IMG/VR virus record: IMGVR_UViG_3300030389_001291
Span: 1 to 59,520 of that record
Reading direction: 5' to 3' (one strand)
DNA: 59,520 bases
From: a virus
Lineage: Duplodnaviria > Caudoviricetes
Made by a program: the position numbers and the translations under genes. Positions 47,540 to 56,819 of the stretch are shown piece by piece. The notes beneath the pieces were generated by a model. It saw only the letters and a list, made by a program, of their open reading frames with translations, was not told the DNA's origin and did no database searches. Within the stretch, counting starts at the first letter, position 1; each line of letters starts with the position of its first letter.

Positions 47540-48043
47540 CTATGAATCTTTACCAAATGTTGTTCGTGATTTTCTTTCAAAAACTTGTTTGGTAGCCATT
47601 CTTGAATCTTGGTCCTTAAAATAAGTGTTATCGACAGATTCCATTTGAGATTGTGCTAATTCCGAAAAATATTCATCTCTAGCTTTCGCTTTTTCTTCTG
47701 GCATCTTACATAACAGTTGTCCACCAATTTCAACATTACCTTTCTTTGACCATTCAGAATTGTGGTCCATCATATGAATTTGAAGTTCTGGGTGGTCCTC
47801 TAATCTACAAGGTTGCCATCCTTCCCTCAATTTTCTTGATACATTAGGATTATCAGTTTGACCTAAAAGGCTAGTTCTAATATACCTAAAGACCCATCCT
47901 TCTTGTGGTGTTGGATTTGGTAAGTTTGATGGATTTTCCCAACTTTGTACTCGTTGAGCAGCCTCTCGGCTTTCTATTTCCCTAGGGGTACGCTCTACTG
48001 ACTCTTCAGTATTTTCAAGTTCTTTATTATCTTGTTCAGACAT
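47540..48043 (-). CDS. Head-module hypothetical protein
   Basis: GWVFRYIRTS...NVSRKLREGW...GGQLLCK. Confidence 0.7.
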   Translation of the reverse strand: MSEQDNKELENTEESVERTPREIESREAAQRVQSWENPSNLPNPTPQEGWVFRYIRTSLLGQTDNPNVSRKLREGWQPCRLEDHPELQIHMMDHNSEWSKKGNVEIGGQLLCKMPEEKAKARDEYFSELAQSQMESVDNTYFKDQDSRMATKQVFERKSRTTFGKDS

Positions 48044-48044
48044 T

Positions 48045-49082
48045 TTAAGACTCCTTTAATAATTGATTTGCATACTGCTCAGGCGTTATATTAAGTCGCT
48101 TTGCGAGAGCAACTTGGCTTTGAGTCAGATGTATTTTGCGAGGAGGTTTACCGCTATTCCTCGTTGCGGGTGCTACAGGATTTACTACCTGCTTTCTAGG
48201 TGTTTCTACAACTGGTTCTGCTTCCGCAGTTTGTTGTGTAACACCAAAGAAATTTGGAAATTGTTTTCTCATACCTGCATCAACTTCAGAATAATATTTC
48301 TGACTATCTTTTGCAGGGTCGATACCATTAGCTTGTAAAGATTGGTCTATATACATAGCATATGATGTCATTTCTTTGTGTATTGGTTCAGTACCCATAA
48401 ACCATGGATTTTTTTGCGACCAAGCATCCATATCTGGGTCTAAAGGTTGTGGTTGTGATTGTACTTGTGGTTGCACAGGTTGTTGCTTTACAAAATTAGA
48501 TGCAACATTTTGTTGTAGCTGTTCTGCATAATTAGCTGATTGTTGTTCTGCTAATGTAGCATTTGCTATTTCAGCTTGTGCTTCTGCCATTGCATCAGCA
48601 TTTCCATCTTCATAAGCTTTTTTATATTTTTCTTGTGCGTTATGTTTTGCCCATTGTGCATTATGTAATGCTTGTTGATTTAATACATCTCCACCTTGGT
48701 CAACTATATTTTGTAATTTTTTATTTTCACTAATTAAAGTTTTTAATACTCTAGTAGCTTCTTGTGATTCTCTTAAAGCAGCTTCTTTAGCTCTTCTTTC
48801 TTCGTGATATTCATATTTTATTTTATTAATTCTATCACCAGCAGCTTTACTATAATCTGCTATTTCTTTATCTAAAGTTTCATCATCAACAGGTTGTTCT
48901 TTAGTTTCAACTTTAGGTGCTCTTCTATCTTCTTCAGGTCTTTCATCAATAACTTCTACTTCAATATCTTTTGGAGAAGAAGTATTAATTTCACTTGCTA
49001 CACCAAAAAATTTATCTTCTGATGTTTGTTCTGATACAGGTTCTGCGTTTGTATCTATTACTTGTTCTATACTTTCACTCAT
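48045..49082 (-). CDS. Scaffolding protein
   Basis: Acidic coiled coil with NPWF and C-terminal LTQSQVALAKRLNITPEQYA. Confidence 0.7.
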   Translation of the reverse strand: MSESIEQVIDTNAEPVSEQTSEDKFFGVASEINTSSPKDIEVEVIDERPEEDRRAPKVETKEQPVDDETLDKEIADYSKAAGDRINKIKYEYHEERRAKEAALRESQEATRVLKTLISENKKLQNIVDQGGDVLNQQALHNAQWAKHNAQEKYKKAYEDGNADAMAEAQAEIANATLAEQQSANYAEQLQQNVASNFVKQQPVQPQVQSQPQPLDPDMDAWSQKNPWFMGTEPIHKEMTSYAMYIDQSLQANGIDPAKDSQKYYSEVDAGMRKQFPNFFGVTQQTAEAEPVVETPRKQVVNPVAPATRNSGKPPRKIHLTQSQVALAKRLNITPEQYANQLLKES

Positions 49083-49483
49083 GCTCTAACTACTCCTGTT
49101 GGGTCATCGACTACTGCTTCCACAGTATCATCGTTAATTAAACGAAACTCTTTACCATACATTTTCATTCTAGTACCTGAATAAGCTCTAAATATTACCC
49201 AATCACCTTCTTTACACCAAGGTCCAGTTGGAAATCTTTTTTTATCAACATATGCTTCTTTACCTAATTTTAAAACATAACCACAAATATTTGATGTTTC
49301 TTCATCAACTCTAGTCTGACTAGCTTTTATAATGCCACCATCTGTAGTTTCTTTAGCTTCAGGCATAGCAATAAGTATTTTCCATCCTTTAGGCATTGGT
49401 AGTTGGCTTTTAACCTCAGCAGTAGGCTCAGGTTTTTTAACGCTTTCTGGTTTTGGGATATTTACTTTTTTATCTTTATCCAT
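49079..49483 (-). CDS. groES: GroES-like co-chaperonin
   Basis: PKGWKILI, TDGGII, CKEGDWVIF..YSGT and RLINDD. Confidence 0.85.
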   Translation of the reverse strand: MDKDKKVNIPKPESVKKPEPTAEVKSQLPMPKGWKILIAMPEAKETTDGGIIKASQTRVDEETSNICGYVLKLGKEAYVDKKRFPTGPWCKEGDWVIFRAYSGTRMKMYGKEFRLINDDTVEAVVDDPTGVVRA

Positions 49484-49511
49484 ATTTTGCACGACATAAG
49501 GTGTCGAGTTC

Positions 49512-49715
49512 CTATTCTTTTAAGTGTTGTTCTTTCCAATCAAGAACTTCACGCTCCGCAAGAGCTAATCCTTCTATAACTCCTGTCAATTTTTTATATT
49601 CAGAAAAGTCTTTACAACTTCCTGTTGAGATATGGTCTGAACATTCATGCATCATATCTCTTAATTTTTTAATTAAAAAGGTAGATAGTGATTGCTCATT
49701 AATATCATTACTCAT
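49512..49715 (-). CDS. Hypothetical protein
   Basis: 67-aa ORF between the portal and GroES genes. Confidence 0.65.
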   Translation of the reverse strand: MSNDINEQSLSTFLIKKLRDMMHECSDHISTGSCKDFSEYKKLTGVIEGLALAEREVLDWKEQHLKE

Positions 49716-52179
49716 TCAATTTGCTATCTTCTACTATATTTTTAGCAATGTCAATACCTGTTTTATAATCATCTAATACTTTTTGTTCTGCTCTTTCTTC
49801 TCTATCTAGCAAATCACTAGCAATTTGCTGTCCTATTTTTAAACCGCTTGACTCTTGTTGAGCTTCAATTCTTTTTTCTTCAAGCTCTTTATTGTTCATT
49901 GCTTTAACAGTATCTAGTTGTATCTTAGCTTGACCTTCTTGTGTTTTTCTTTGAACTTCAGCTTCTTTAATAGCAACTTCTCTTTCTTTCATTTGTATTA
50001 ATGGGTCTTGCTGTTGCTGTTGTATTCTTTGTTGTTCTGCTTGTGCAGCATTAGTAGTTGCTACCCTTTGAGCAGCCTCAGCAATAAGTGTAGATAATCT
50101 TTTCTCTACATCTGCTGGTAGTGGTTCACCTACTGGAGGTAACTCTACACCCATTTCTCTTTCAACTTGGTCTCTAAACTGTAATGATAAATGTTGCATA
50201 ATGTAATCAGAACCAGCACTTTGTATAACTTGTGCATTAGGACTTTGTTGTACTTTTGCTTGTATATTTGGGTCTTGTTGTGCAGCCGCTAATGTATTGA
50301 TATGAGCTTCATGGTCTTGGAACTCATATGCTTTTACAGGCTTACCATTAATAATATTTTGTACTGCAGTAACTGGGTCAACTGGTGGTACTTCATCTTG
50401 TGGAGGCACAATAGTTTCTGCATCTTTAATTCCTAATACTTCAAGCATTTGTCTATGTAATTGACCTAAATCATATAGTTGTGGTGCTTGTTGTGCTAAT
50501 TGCATAGCTGCTTGATACTGCATAATTCTTTGTGCCATAGTTGCAGCATTTGGGTCTGATACAGGTAATACATCTACTCTAGCATCAAAATCTTGTAATT
50601 TAATTTGTTGTCCTTCTTCTACTTCATATGGATAAGCAGGAGTTGTAAAATCTGTTATTACACCAACTAATATTTCAAACTCTCTTTTCATAGAAGAATG
50701 TAATCTAGCTTGTACTGCTGACATTACTTTCATGTTTCTTTCTAGTAATGCTAGTGTAGTGCCTACGGGTGCTTGACTATTCATGTCTGCTGTTTTCATA
50801 TCTGCAATACTTGCAAACCTTTTACCTTCCTCTACTATATTACCTAATAAAGAAAATAATGTTCCTGAAGGCTCTTTATAAGGTAAGAAAGTAATATTAT
50901 CTCTTATAGCACCACCTGGCACATCTACATCTCTAAACTCTCCAGGCATAATGGGACTATCGTCTCCTTTTATACGCAATCCTCTAGCTTTTAAACCACC
51001 AGGTAAATTACTTAAAGTACCTGCATCTACTAATTGTCTAAGTATAGATGTAGCTGATTTTGCTAATCCACCAATCATATGTATTAATCCAAAGCCATAA
51101 AAACCTAGTCCTGGTAGATATTGATAGTGAACAAAGTGCATCCTTCTTAATTTAGCAGGGTCATCTTCATAATAGTTTCTTCTAATACTAAGAATAATTC
51201 CAGAAGGATGGTCTATAGTTACAACATAAGGTAATGCTATCCCTGTGTCTTGACCACTTGCATCTTTATCTTCAAAACCTTTTAAATCTAAATCAACCTG
51301 CATTTCTAAGATAGTATGTCTTGTATCATAGCTATAGCTTTCTGATTCACCAGTCATCTCATTATATTTTTTAGTAATATCAGAAGATGTTGGTGTTGCA
51401 TCTGGTAATTCTATATTTCTATAAAATCCATTGACTTGCATCTTTCTAATATCATTAGATGACTTTTTCATTACATGAGTAGCTCTTTCACAAGTTTCTA
51501 AATCACTTGCACCATAATTAACCACAACATCTTCAGCAGGTACAAATATACCGCTTGGTCTATTTAATGTTGGGTCAAAATAAACTTTTCTAAACGCTGA
51601 ACCTGCAAGTGGTAGAGAAAATAACATTTTTTCTGTTTCACTTCTGTATTCAGTCATTTCGTAAGTTAAAAGATAATTAAGATAATCTTGTACTCTTTGA
51701 CTTTGTTTTTCTTTAGCAGAATCAATACTACCAACTATTTTAGTTCTTACTGGACCTGAAGCAGGAAATATTTCAGATATAGCTTGTGATTGAAACTTTA
51801 CTACAGCTTCACTTAACATAGGATGAAATACACCACAAGCTCCATTCCAAGGAGTAGTTCTTTCTTCTATCTTTAAACCTAGTTGGTCTAAGCCTTTTAC
51901 ATAGGTTTCTTCCCATTCTGACCTAGAATCTTTATCTGCTTGAAATGCACTTATTAACTCATTACCTATAGAATTTAATTCATCTTCATCTATAAAATCT
52001 ACTAAGTTAGAGTTAAAATCAGCATTATTCATTTGTGATGAACTTGGGTCAAAGTCAATAATCATGCCACCATCATCAGTTTCAGTAGTTTCTATCTCTA
52101 CATCTAAACCTGATTCTGGTTCCATTTCTACTAGACCATCTATTGGCGTAGCAGGTTCGTATTGTTTTTCTATAGCCAA
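49708..52179 (-). CDS. Portal protein
   Basis: 823 aa, follows TerL, with a P22-like Gln-rich C-terminal barrel. Confidence 0.88.
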   Translation of the reverse strand: MAIEKQYEPATPIDGLVEMEPESGLDVEIETTETDDGGMIIDFDPSSSQMNNADFNSNLVDFIDEDELNSIGNELISAFQADKDSRSEWEETYVKGLDQLGLKIEERTTPWNGACGVFHPMLSEAVVKFQSQAISEIFPASGPVRTKIVGSIDSAKEKQSQRVQDYLNYLLTYEMTEYRSETEKMLFSLPLAGSAFRKVYFDPTLNRPSGIFVPAEDVVVNYGASDLETCERATHVMKKSSNDIRKMQVNGFYRNIELPDATPTSSDITKKYNEMTGESESYSYDTRHTILEMQVDLDLKGFEDKDASGQDTGIALPYVVTIDHPSGIILSIRRNYYEDDPAKLRRMHFVHYQYLPGLGFYGFGLIHMIGGLAKSATSILRQLVDAGTLSNLPGGLKARGLRIKGDDSPIMPGEFRDVDVPGGAIRDNITFLPYKEPSGTLFSLLGNIVEEGKRFASIADMKTADMNSQAPVGTTLALLERNMKVMSAVQARLHSSMKREFEILVGVITDFTTPAYPYEVEEGQQIKLQDFDARVDVLPVSDPNAATMAQRIMQYQAAMQLAQQAPQLYDLGQLHRQMLEVLGIKDAETIVPPQDEVPPVDPVTAVQNIINGKPVKAYEFQDHEAHINTLAAAQQDPNIQAKVQQSPNAQVIQSAGSDYIMQHLSLQFRDQVEREMGVELPPVGEPLPADVEKRLSTLIAEAAQRVATTNAAQAEQQRIQQQQQDPLIQMKEREVAIKEAEVQRKTQEGQAKIQLDTVKAMNNKELEEKRIEAQQESSGLKIGQQIASDLLDREERAEQKVLDDYKTGIDIAKNIVEDSKLNE

Positions 52180-52188
52180 TTTTATCTC

Positions 52189-53685
52189 CTAGTAATAATC
52201 TGCTGTTCTATTGTGTTCTAGTGGCTCATCTTCTTCATCTGAATCAAGAGGAACAAAACCACCTTGCCTAAATCTTAATAATGCTTGTGTACTGCTATCA
52301 ACTAAATCATCATGTTCCATATTAGGAAATCCAGCAAACTCTTCTATAACTTCTTCTGCCCATCTAGTTGCAGGTGCCCAAATAACTCCTGAAGCAAATA
52401 GGTCTGATACAGCGTTTACTCTTGATATTTTGTCATTACCACGACTAGGTGTATATTCTTGTACAGGAATACCAGTTGCCCTTAATTCAAATATAAGAGG
52501 CATACCTGCTGCTTTAGCTTCTACAATAAAAGCATCAGGCTTATAAGCATTGTATTTTTCTAAAGCTGTTTTCTTTAAATCTGGGAACTCTAAACGCTCT
52601 TTATAAGCATCTAGTAGTATTAGTTGTGGAGCAACAAGTCCTTCATCATTCTCTTTATAAAACACTCCCCATGTGGTACAAGCTGAATAGTCAGCTCTTT
52701 GTGTTTTAAGAAAGGCTGTGTCCCATGATTGAATAATAAACTCACAATCTGGGGGATTTATACCATCCCATGTTTTCCACCATTCTCGTTTAACAAGAGC
52801 ACTTTCTTCAGAAGTAGGGTCTTGTTGATACTGAGCCATCCACTTAGAATTAGGCAGTTCAGCTCTTAAAGCTTCTAATTCTTCTATTTTCCAAAAAGCA
52901 CTCCATAAAGGCTTTCCAGAAGGTAATATTGCAGGTAGCTCTATAACTTCCCATTGGTCGGCTCCGCCACGCTTTATACTAGCATCTACAACTTGTCCAG
53001 TTAGGTCTTTATTGTGCCATCTTGTCATTACTACAACGATTGCACCATTAGGCTGTAAACGCTGTCTAGGACCAGATGTGTACCATTCGTAGGTACGATT
53101 AAATACATTGATGTCTGCTGAAGCTCCTTCTTGTTCTGAGTGCGGGTCATCGATGATAAGCAAGTCTGCACCTTTACCAGTAACAGCACCACCTACACCA
53201 ATCGCAAAATATTCACCGCCTTTGTTCGTATTCCAACGACCCGCAGCTTTAGAATCCGACTGCAAACTAACATTGGGGAATATACGCTTAAAATCTTTGC
53301 TTCCCACAAGGTTTCTAACCTTTCTACCAAAGCCTACAGCTAGTTCTGCAGTATGTGCGGTTTGAATTATCTTCTTTTCTGGCTTACTTCCTAAAAACCA
53401 AGCAGGTAAAAGATAAGATGCGAACTCGGATTTAGTGTGTCGAGGTGGCATATTGATAATTAAACGCTTTAAATCGCCATTAGCAACACGCTCAAAGGCA
53501 TCAGCCATGATTTTATGATGCGGACCCTCTATAAAAGCACTCCACATCTCCTTAACAAAGTGCATATAGTCGTCTGCACACCTCTCACGAGCCTTTGCTT
53601 CCTCTAATTCATCCAATAAACCTAGTAACTCTCTCTTTTCATCTAAAGAAAGGTTCTGTACTTGGCTTAATATTTGGTTATTCAT
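52189..53685 (-). CDS. terL: Terminase large subunit
   Basis: NMPPRHTKS, LIIDDP, MTRW, QSWDTA and HDDLVDS motifs. Confidence 0.95.
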   Translation of the reverse strand: MNNQILSQVQNLSLDEKRELLGLLDELEEAKARERCADDYMHFVKEMWSAFIEGPHHKIMADAFERVANGDLKRLIINMPPRHTKSEFASYLLPAWFLGSKPEKKIIQTAHTAELAVGFGRKVRNLVGSKDFKRIFPNVSLQSDSKAAGRWNTNKGGEYFAIGVGGAVTGKGADLLIIDDPHSEQEGASADINVFNRTYEWYTSGPRQRLQPNGAIVVVMTRWHNKDLTGQVVDASIKRGGADQWEVIELPAILPSGKPLWSAFWKIEELEALRAELPNSKWMAQYQQDPTSEESALVKREWWKTWDGINPPDCEFIIQSWDTAFLKTQRADYSACTTWGVFYKENDEGLVAPQLILLDAYKERLEFPDLKKTALEKYNAYKPDAFIVEAKAAGMPLIFELRATGIPVQEYTPSRGNDKISRVNAVSDLFASGVIWAPATRWAEEVIEEFAGFPNMEHDDLVDSSTQALLRFRQGGFVPLDSDEEDEPLEHNRTADYY

Positions 53686-53918
53686 ACATCTCCTATACTA
53701 GATAGTAAGTAAATACCTTCTAAAATTAAAAACTTACTAAATATCCACCACTTAGTGGCATTTAGCAAGTAAATACTTTACAAGTAGGTACTTACTGGAT
53801 GTAAATCACGCTAGATTTTAACATAATTGCACATCTTCACATAAAAAACAACTATTTTTGCAAAATAATATGGGGGTTTTAGGGTCCCTTGGCTGTTTTC
53901 TACAAAAATTCTAATAAT

Positions 53919-53947
53919 ATCTTACAAAAAACGCTATCAAAATGCAA
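53919..53947 (-). promoter_or_regulatory. Promoter upstream of terL
   Basis: TTGCAT-17 nt (containing TTTGATAGC)-TAAGAT. Confidence 0.55.
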
Positions 53948-54068
53948 TATATAGGGGGGGGTACATAAAAATAGGTAATATCCTGTGCAAATCACTATGT
54001 ATATATGGTAGTCAGGTAGCGTGTTGCAAAAAAAGGGGGGTGGGGTCTATTAATAGTGGGAAATCACA

Positions 54069-54137
54069 ACACAACATCTAGTGTTTTTTTGATCCATCTG
54101 GAATACAACATCTTGTGTTTCATCCTATATATAGTGC
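54069..54137. promoter_or_regulatory. Three NrdR-box-like sites
   Basis: ACACAACATCTAGTGT, ATACAACATCTTGTGT and ATCCTATATATAGTGC, compared with the consensus acaCwAtATaTwGtgt. Confidence 0.5.
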
Positions 54138-54147
54138 ATCCCAAAAT

Positions 54148-54180
54148 CACACAGCACACAGCACACACACAGCACACATA
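54148..54180. repeat. Short CACACAG simple repeat
   Basis: cacacagcacacagcacacacacagcacaca. Confidence 0.7.
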
Positions 54181-54211
54181 ATGCACGATTAGATAGTTGG
54201 TTGTTGGTTGT

Positions 54212-54691
54212 CTATTGTTTGTTAAGTAATGCTTCTATTCGCTCTTCAATATCTCGCTCGACTTCATCACTTGTTCTCGCTTCTTTGGTCTCAACTACAT
54301 CACTAAATAACGATACGCTCTTACCCAGTAATTCCAATGCTCGAACTCTTGATGCATCGCTATCCGCTTCTTTGCTTTCTCTATATAACTGCTCGATAAC
54401 ATAGTTTCTTGTTCTGAGCGATGTAGCAACTGATGACTGCTCTTTTCTTTGGATAGCCTTTTGTATGCTTAGTGCTATCTTAGGGTTAGCGACTAAACGA
54501 CTTGCTTCGACTTCTACCCATTTTGGTATCTTCCCAGTCTTGGTTAATTCAACATCATAAACCTTTGCATATGCTTCTTTATAACTACCTAACTTTCCCT
54601 TGATAATTTCATCCACAAACTGGCGTTGCTTAATCGTTAAATCTTTATCTTGTTTTACTACTTTTAATTTTGGTTTCTCTTCTTTGCTCAT
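54212..54691 (-). CDS. terS: Terminase small subunit
   Basis: LTIKQRQFV..EAYAKVY..EASRL.ANPKI HTH and RVRALELLGK. Confidence 0.8.
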   Translation of the reverse strand: MSKEEKPKLKVVKQDKDLTIKQRQFVDEIIKGKLGSYKEAYAKVYDVELTKTGKIPKWVEVEASRLVANPKIALSIQKAIQRKEQSSVATSLRTRNYVIEQLYRESKEADSDASRVRALELLGKSVSLFSDVVETKEARTSDEVERDIEERIEALLNKQ

Positions 54692-54778
54692 ACTGAAATC
54701 TTATCTCATGTATGGAGAAAATATAATGCTCACAAAACGATAGCAAAAATAGTGAACTGGTAAATAATTAATATGGTG

Positions 54779-54807
54779 TTGAATATGATGTTTACATCGC
54801 TTATACT
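54779..54807 (+). promoter_or_regulatory. Sigma70 promoter of the early operon
   Basis: TTGAAT-17 nt-TATACT with AT-rich upstream sequence. Confidence 0.7.
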
Positions 54808-54813
54808 GTTCTC

Positions 54814-55126
54814 AACAAAGACCAAAACGATTATGTCTCTAAACTGTAGCCAACCACCCGCAAGGGTCTCGAAAGAGGTAAGGTTGAAACCTAAGTCCTA
54901 GGATTAAGAGGTTAAACTTAATCAGACTTATTGGAAAGAAAAGGTTAGTCCAGTCCAATAATGAATTCGCTTCAAGGTAGCTAGTGGGAAACAATAGGAT
55001 AGTTAAAGTCGTGATGACTTCAGCGAGACCCCCAAGACCAAAAGGAAATTATCTTTTTGCCATTGATACAAAAATTGATATGGACTTACTTAAAGATTTA
55101 TAACTTTTGGGACTGCTCCAACAGTC
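54814..55126 (+). ncRNA. Structured ~310-nt leader RNA released by HHR1
   Basis: GNRA-capped hairpins (ACCC-GCAA-GGGT, CTC-GAAA-GAG) in a junction, several 7-8 bp helices, and no SD-linked ORF. Confidence 0.6.
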
Positions 55127-55184
55127 TATGAATTGACATACTGAAGAGCATCCTATTTTGGGATGCAAGAAACTGACCTTGGAG
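55116..55184 (+). ncRNA. Hammerhead ribozyme, type III (HHR1), GUC cleavage after 55126; core has an AA insertion
   Basis: CAG-TC/TATG-aattga-CATA-CTGAAGA-GCATCC..GGATGC-aa-GAAA-CTG. Stem III can be extended by CTCCAA/TTGGAG. Confidence 0.7.
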
Positions 55185-55188
55185 GGTC
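55175..55188 (+). promoter_or_regulatory. RBS hairpin with UUGGAG loop
   Basis: GACC-TTGGAG-GGTC, with ATG at 55197. Confidence 0.8.
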
Positions 55189-55196
55189 TTAGAATT

Positions 55197-55484
55197 ATGG
55201 AAAAAAATAAAGAACAAATAATATTTTTTATTGACCATATAAATACTTTTAGCGATATAGAAAAAGAACTTCATCTAACTGGAGCAAAATATATCTCAAT
55301 GGAACATTCAAAAAGATATGAATGTTTAAAAGTGAAATTTGAAGTTGATGATTATCATCAAAGAAATAAATTAATTAAACTTGCCTTAGAACACGACATT
55401 GATACTAAGATAATTTTTGATGATAGATTTACTCTTAACCAAATTCACGAAAAAGTATTTGATAGATATATCAGAACTTATTAA
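55197..55484 (+). CDS. Hypothetical early protein (95 aa)
   Basis: ORF 55158..55484 with the start reassigned to the ATG after the SD. Confidence 0.75.
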   Translation: MEKNKEQIIFFIDHINTFSDIEKELHLTGAKYISMEHSKRYECLKVKFEVDDYHQRNKLIKLALEHDIDTKIIFDDRFTLNQIHEKVFDRYIRTY

Positions 55485-55544
55485 ACCGACTGATGAGCCA
55501 ATGAAATTTTGGCGAAACTAGATAAGAAATTATCTAGTCTTGGT
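55485..55544 (+). ncRNA. Hammerhead ribozyme, type I (HHR2), GUC cleavage after 55539
   Basis: ACCGA-CTGATGA-GCCAA..TTGGC-GAAA-CTAGATAA-gaaa-TTATCTAG-TC/TTGGT, with a fully canonical core. Confidence 0.93.
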
Positions 55545-55576
55545 GTTAGCAATTTGCTAACAAATATTAAACTTAA

Positions 55577-55592
55577 AATTCTTGGAGGAATT
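55577..55592 (+). promoter_or_regulatory. RBS hairpin with UUGGAG loop
   Basis: AATTC-TTGGAG-GAATT, with ATG at 55597. Confidence 0.75.
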
Positions 55593-55596
55593 AATT

Positions 55597-56667
55597 ATGT
55601 TTAAACCTAGTGAAGCAAAAAAATCATGCCTACATATTTTGAAAGGAAGTAATATTCCATTCTTAATTGGTGGTACTGGTGTTGGTAAATCCGCTATCGT
55701 TAAAGAGATTGCGGAAGAACTTGCGAATGGTAGAACTTTAACTGATAACATCAATCCAAAAAAAGATGAATTTGGTTTTATCTCTTTTAGATTGGGATTA
55801 GTTGAAAGTATTGATTTAGGCGGACTGCCACACATTGATGAAGAAACTGGTATTCAGAAAAAAGCAATGTTGGGTAATTTGCCAAGAGGTGGCGAGGGTC
55901 TATTTTTCTTGGATGAATTTGCACAAGCTCATTCATCAGTCCAAGCAACGATAGGTCAATTACTCGACCCAAAAGGAAAAAACGAAGAGCGAAAAATTGG
56001 CGAATATGTTTTTCCTAGTGGGTGGAAAATTGTCCTAGCGGGTAATAGACATACTGATAGAAGTGGAGCAAATAAAATTCTTAGGCATTGCCAAGATAGA
56101 ACTACTGCAATTCAGTTTACTCACGATGTAAACGACTGGTTAGACTGGGCTGATAGCAACGATGTTGACTTGAATGTCCAAGGTTTAATTAGATTTATGC
56201 CACAACTACTTTGGGACTTCGACCCAAAATCTAATGACCCACAACCAAGTCCAAGAAGTTGGGTAAGGTTAAGCGATACACTAAAAACTAACCCGCCTAA
56301 AGAGTTGAGACAAAAACTCTTCGAGGGCGATGTTGGTCAAGAGTGTGCCATTGAATTGATGAATTTTATTTCACTTCAAAATGATGTGCCAAACATATCA
56401 AAAATATGTAAAGGCGATGAAGTAGAATTGATTGATGAAGCGGGTCTTTGTTATGCGACTACGATTGCTCTAACTACAGCGATTGCACAAGCGGATGACA
56501 AAAACATATATGACTACTTTGAAAATGCTTTAAATTATGTGAAGCAATTTTCGACTGTAGAATTTTCTATATTCTTTGTTAGAAAAATTACTGGACTTAG
56601 AAACGAACTCAAAGAGTGCGATGTATATTCTAAATTCAAAGTTGATAACCAAGATTTAGAAATCTAA
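55597..56667 (+). CDS. MoxR-like AAA+ ATPase
   Basis: Walker A GGTGVGKS, Walker B LFFLDE, LAGNR and PSPRSW. Confidence 0.88.
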   Translation: MFKPSEAKKSCLHILKGSNIPFLIGGTGVGKSAIVKEIAEELANGRTLTDNINPKKDEFGFISFRLGLVESIDLGGLPHIDEETGIQKKAMLGNLPRGGEGLFFLDEFAQAHSSVQATIGQLLDPKGKNEERKIGEYVFPSGWKIVLAGNRHTDRSGANKILRHCQDRTTAIQFTHDVNDWLDWADSNDVDLNVQGLIRFMPQLLWDFDPKSNDPQPSPRSWVRLSDTLKTNPPKELRQKLFEGDVGQECAIELMNFISLQNDVPNISKICKGDEVELIDEAGLCYATTIALTTAIAQADDKNIYDYFENALNYVKQFSTVEFSIFFVRKITGLRNELKECDVYSKFKVDNQDLEI

Positions 56668-56724
56668 ATTTACATGGCGAGTTAAGGAATATTTATTATT
56701 TACTGGTAAATATTCCTTTCCCGC

Positions 56725-56785
56725 TAATTCTAATATCAAGATGTGTGTCTTGGCTGATGATTAGGAAACTATGAAATTAGAATTA
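56725..56785 (+). ncRNA. Hammerhead ribozyme, type III (HHR3), AUA cleavage after 56735
   Basis: TAATTCTAA-TA/TCAAGAT-gtgt-GTCTTGG-CTGATGA-t-TAG-gaaa-CTA-t-GAAA-TTAGAATTA. Confidence 0.88.
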
Positions 56786-56798
56786 TTAATCATAAACC

Positions 56799-56812
56799 GA
56801 CCTTGGAGGGTC
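56799..56812 (+). promoter_or_regulatory. RBS hairpin with UUGGAG loop
   Basis: GACC-TTGGAG-GGTC, with ATG at 56820. Confidence 0.8.
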
Positions 56813-56819
56813 AAGTATT

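Noticed and set aside
53793-53812. LexA SOS boxes (CTGG-rich motifs here and in the ACTGGTAAATA family)
   Set aside because: None completes CTG-N10-CAG.
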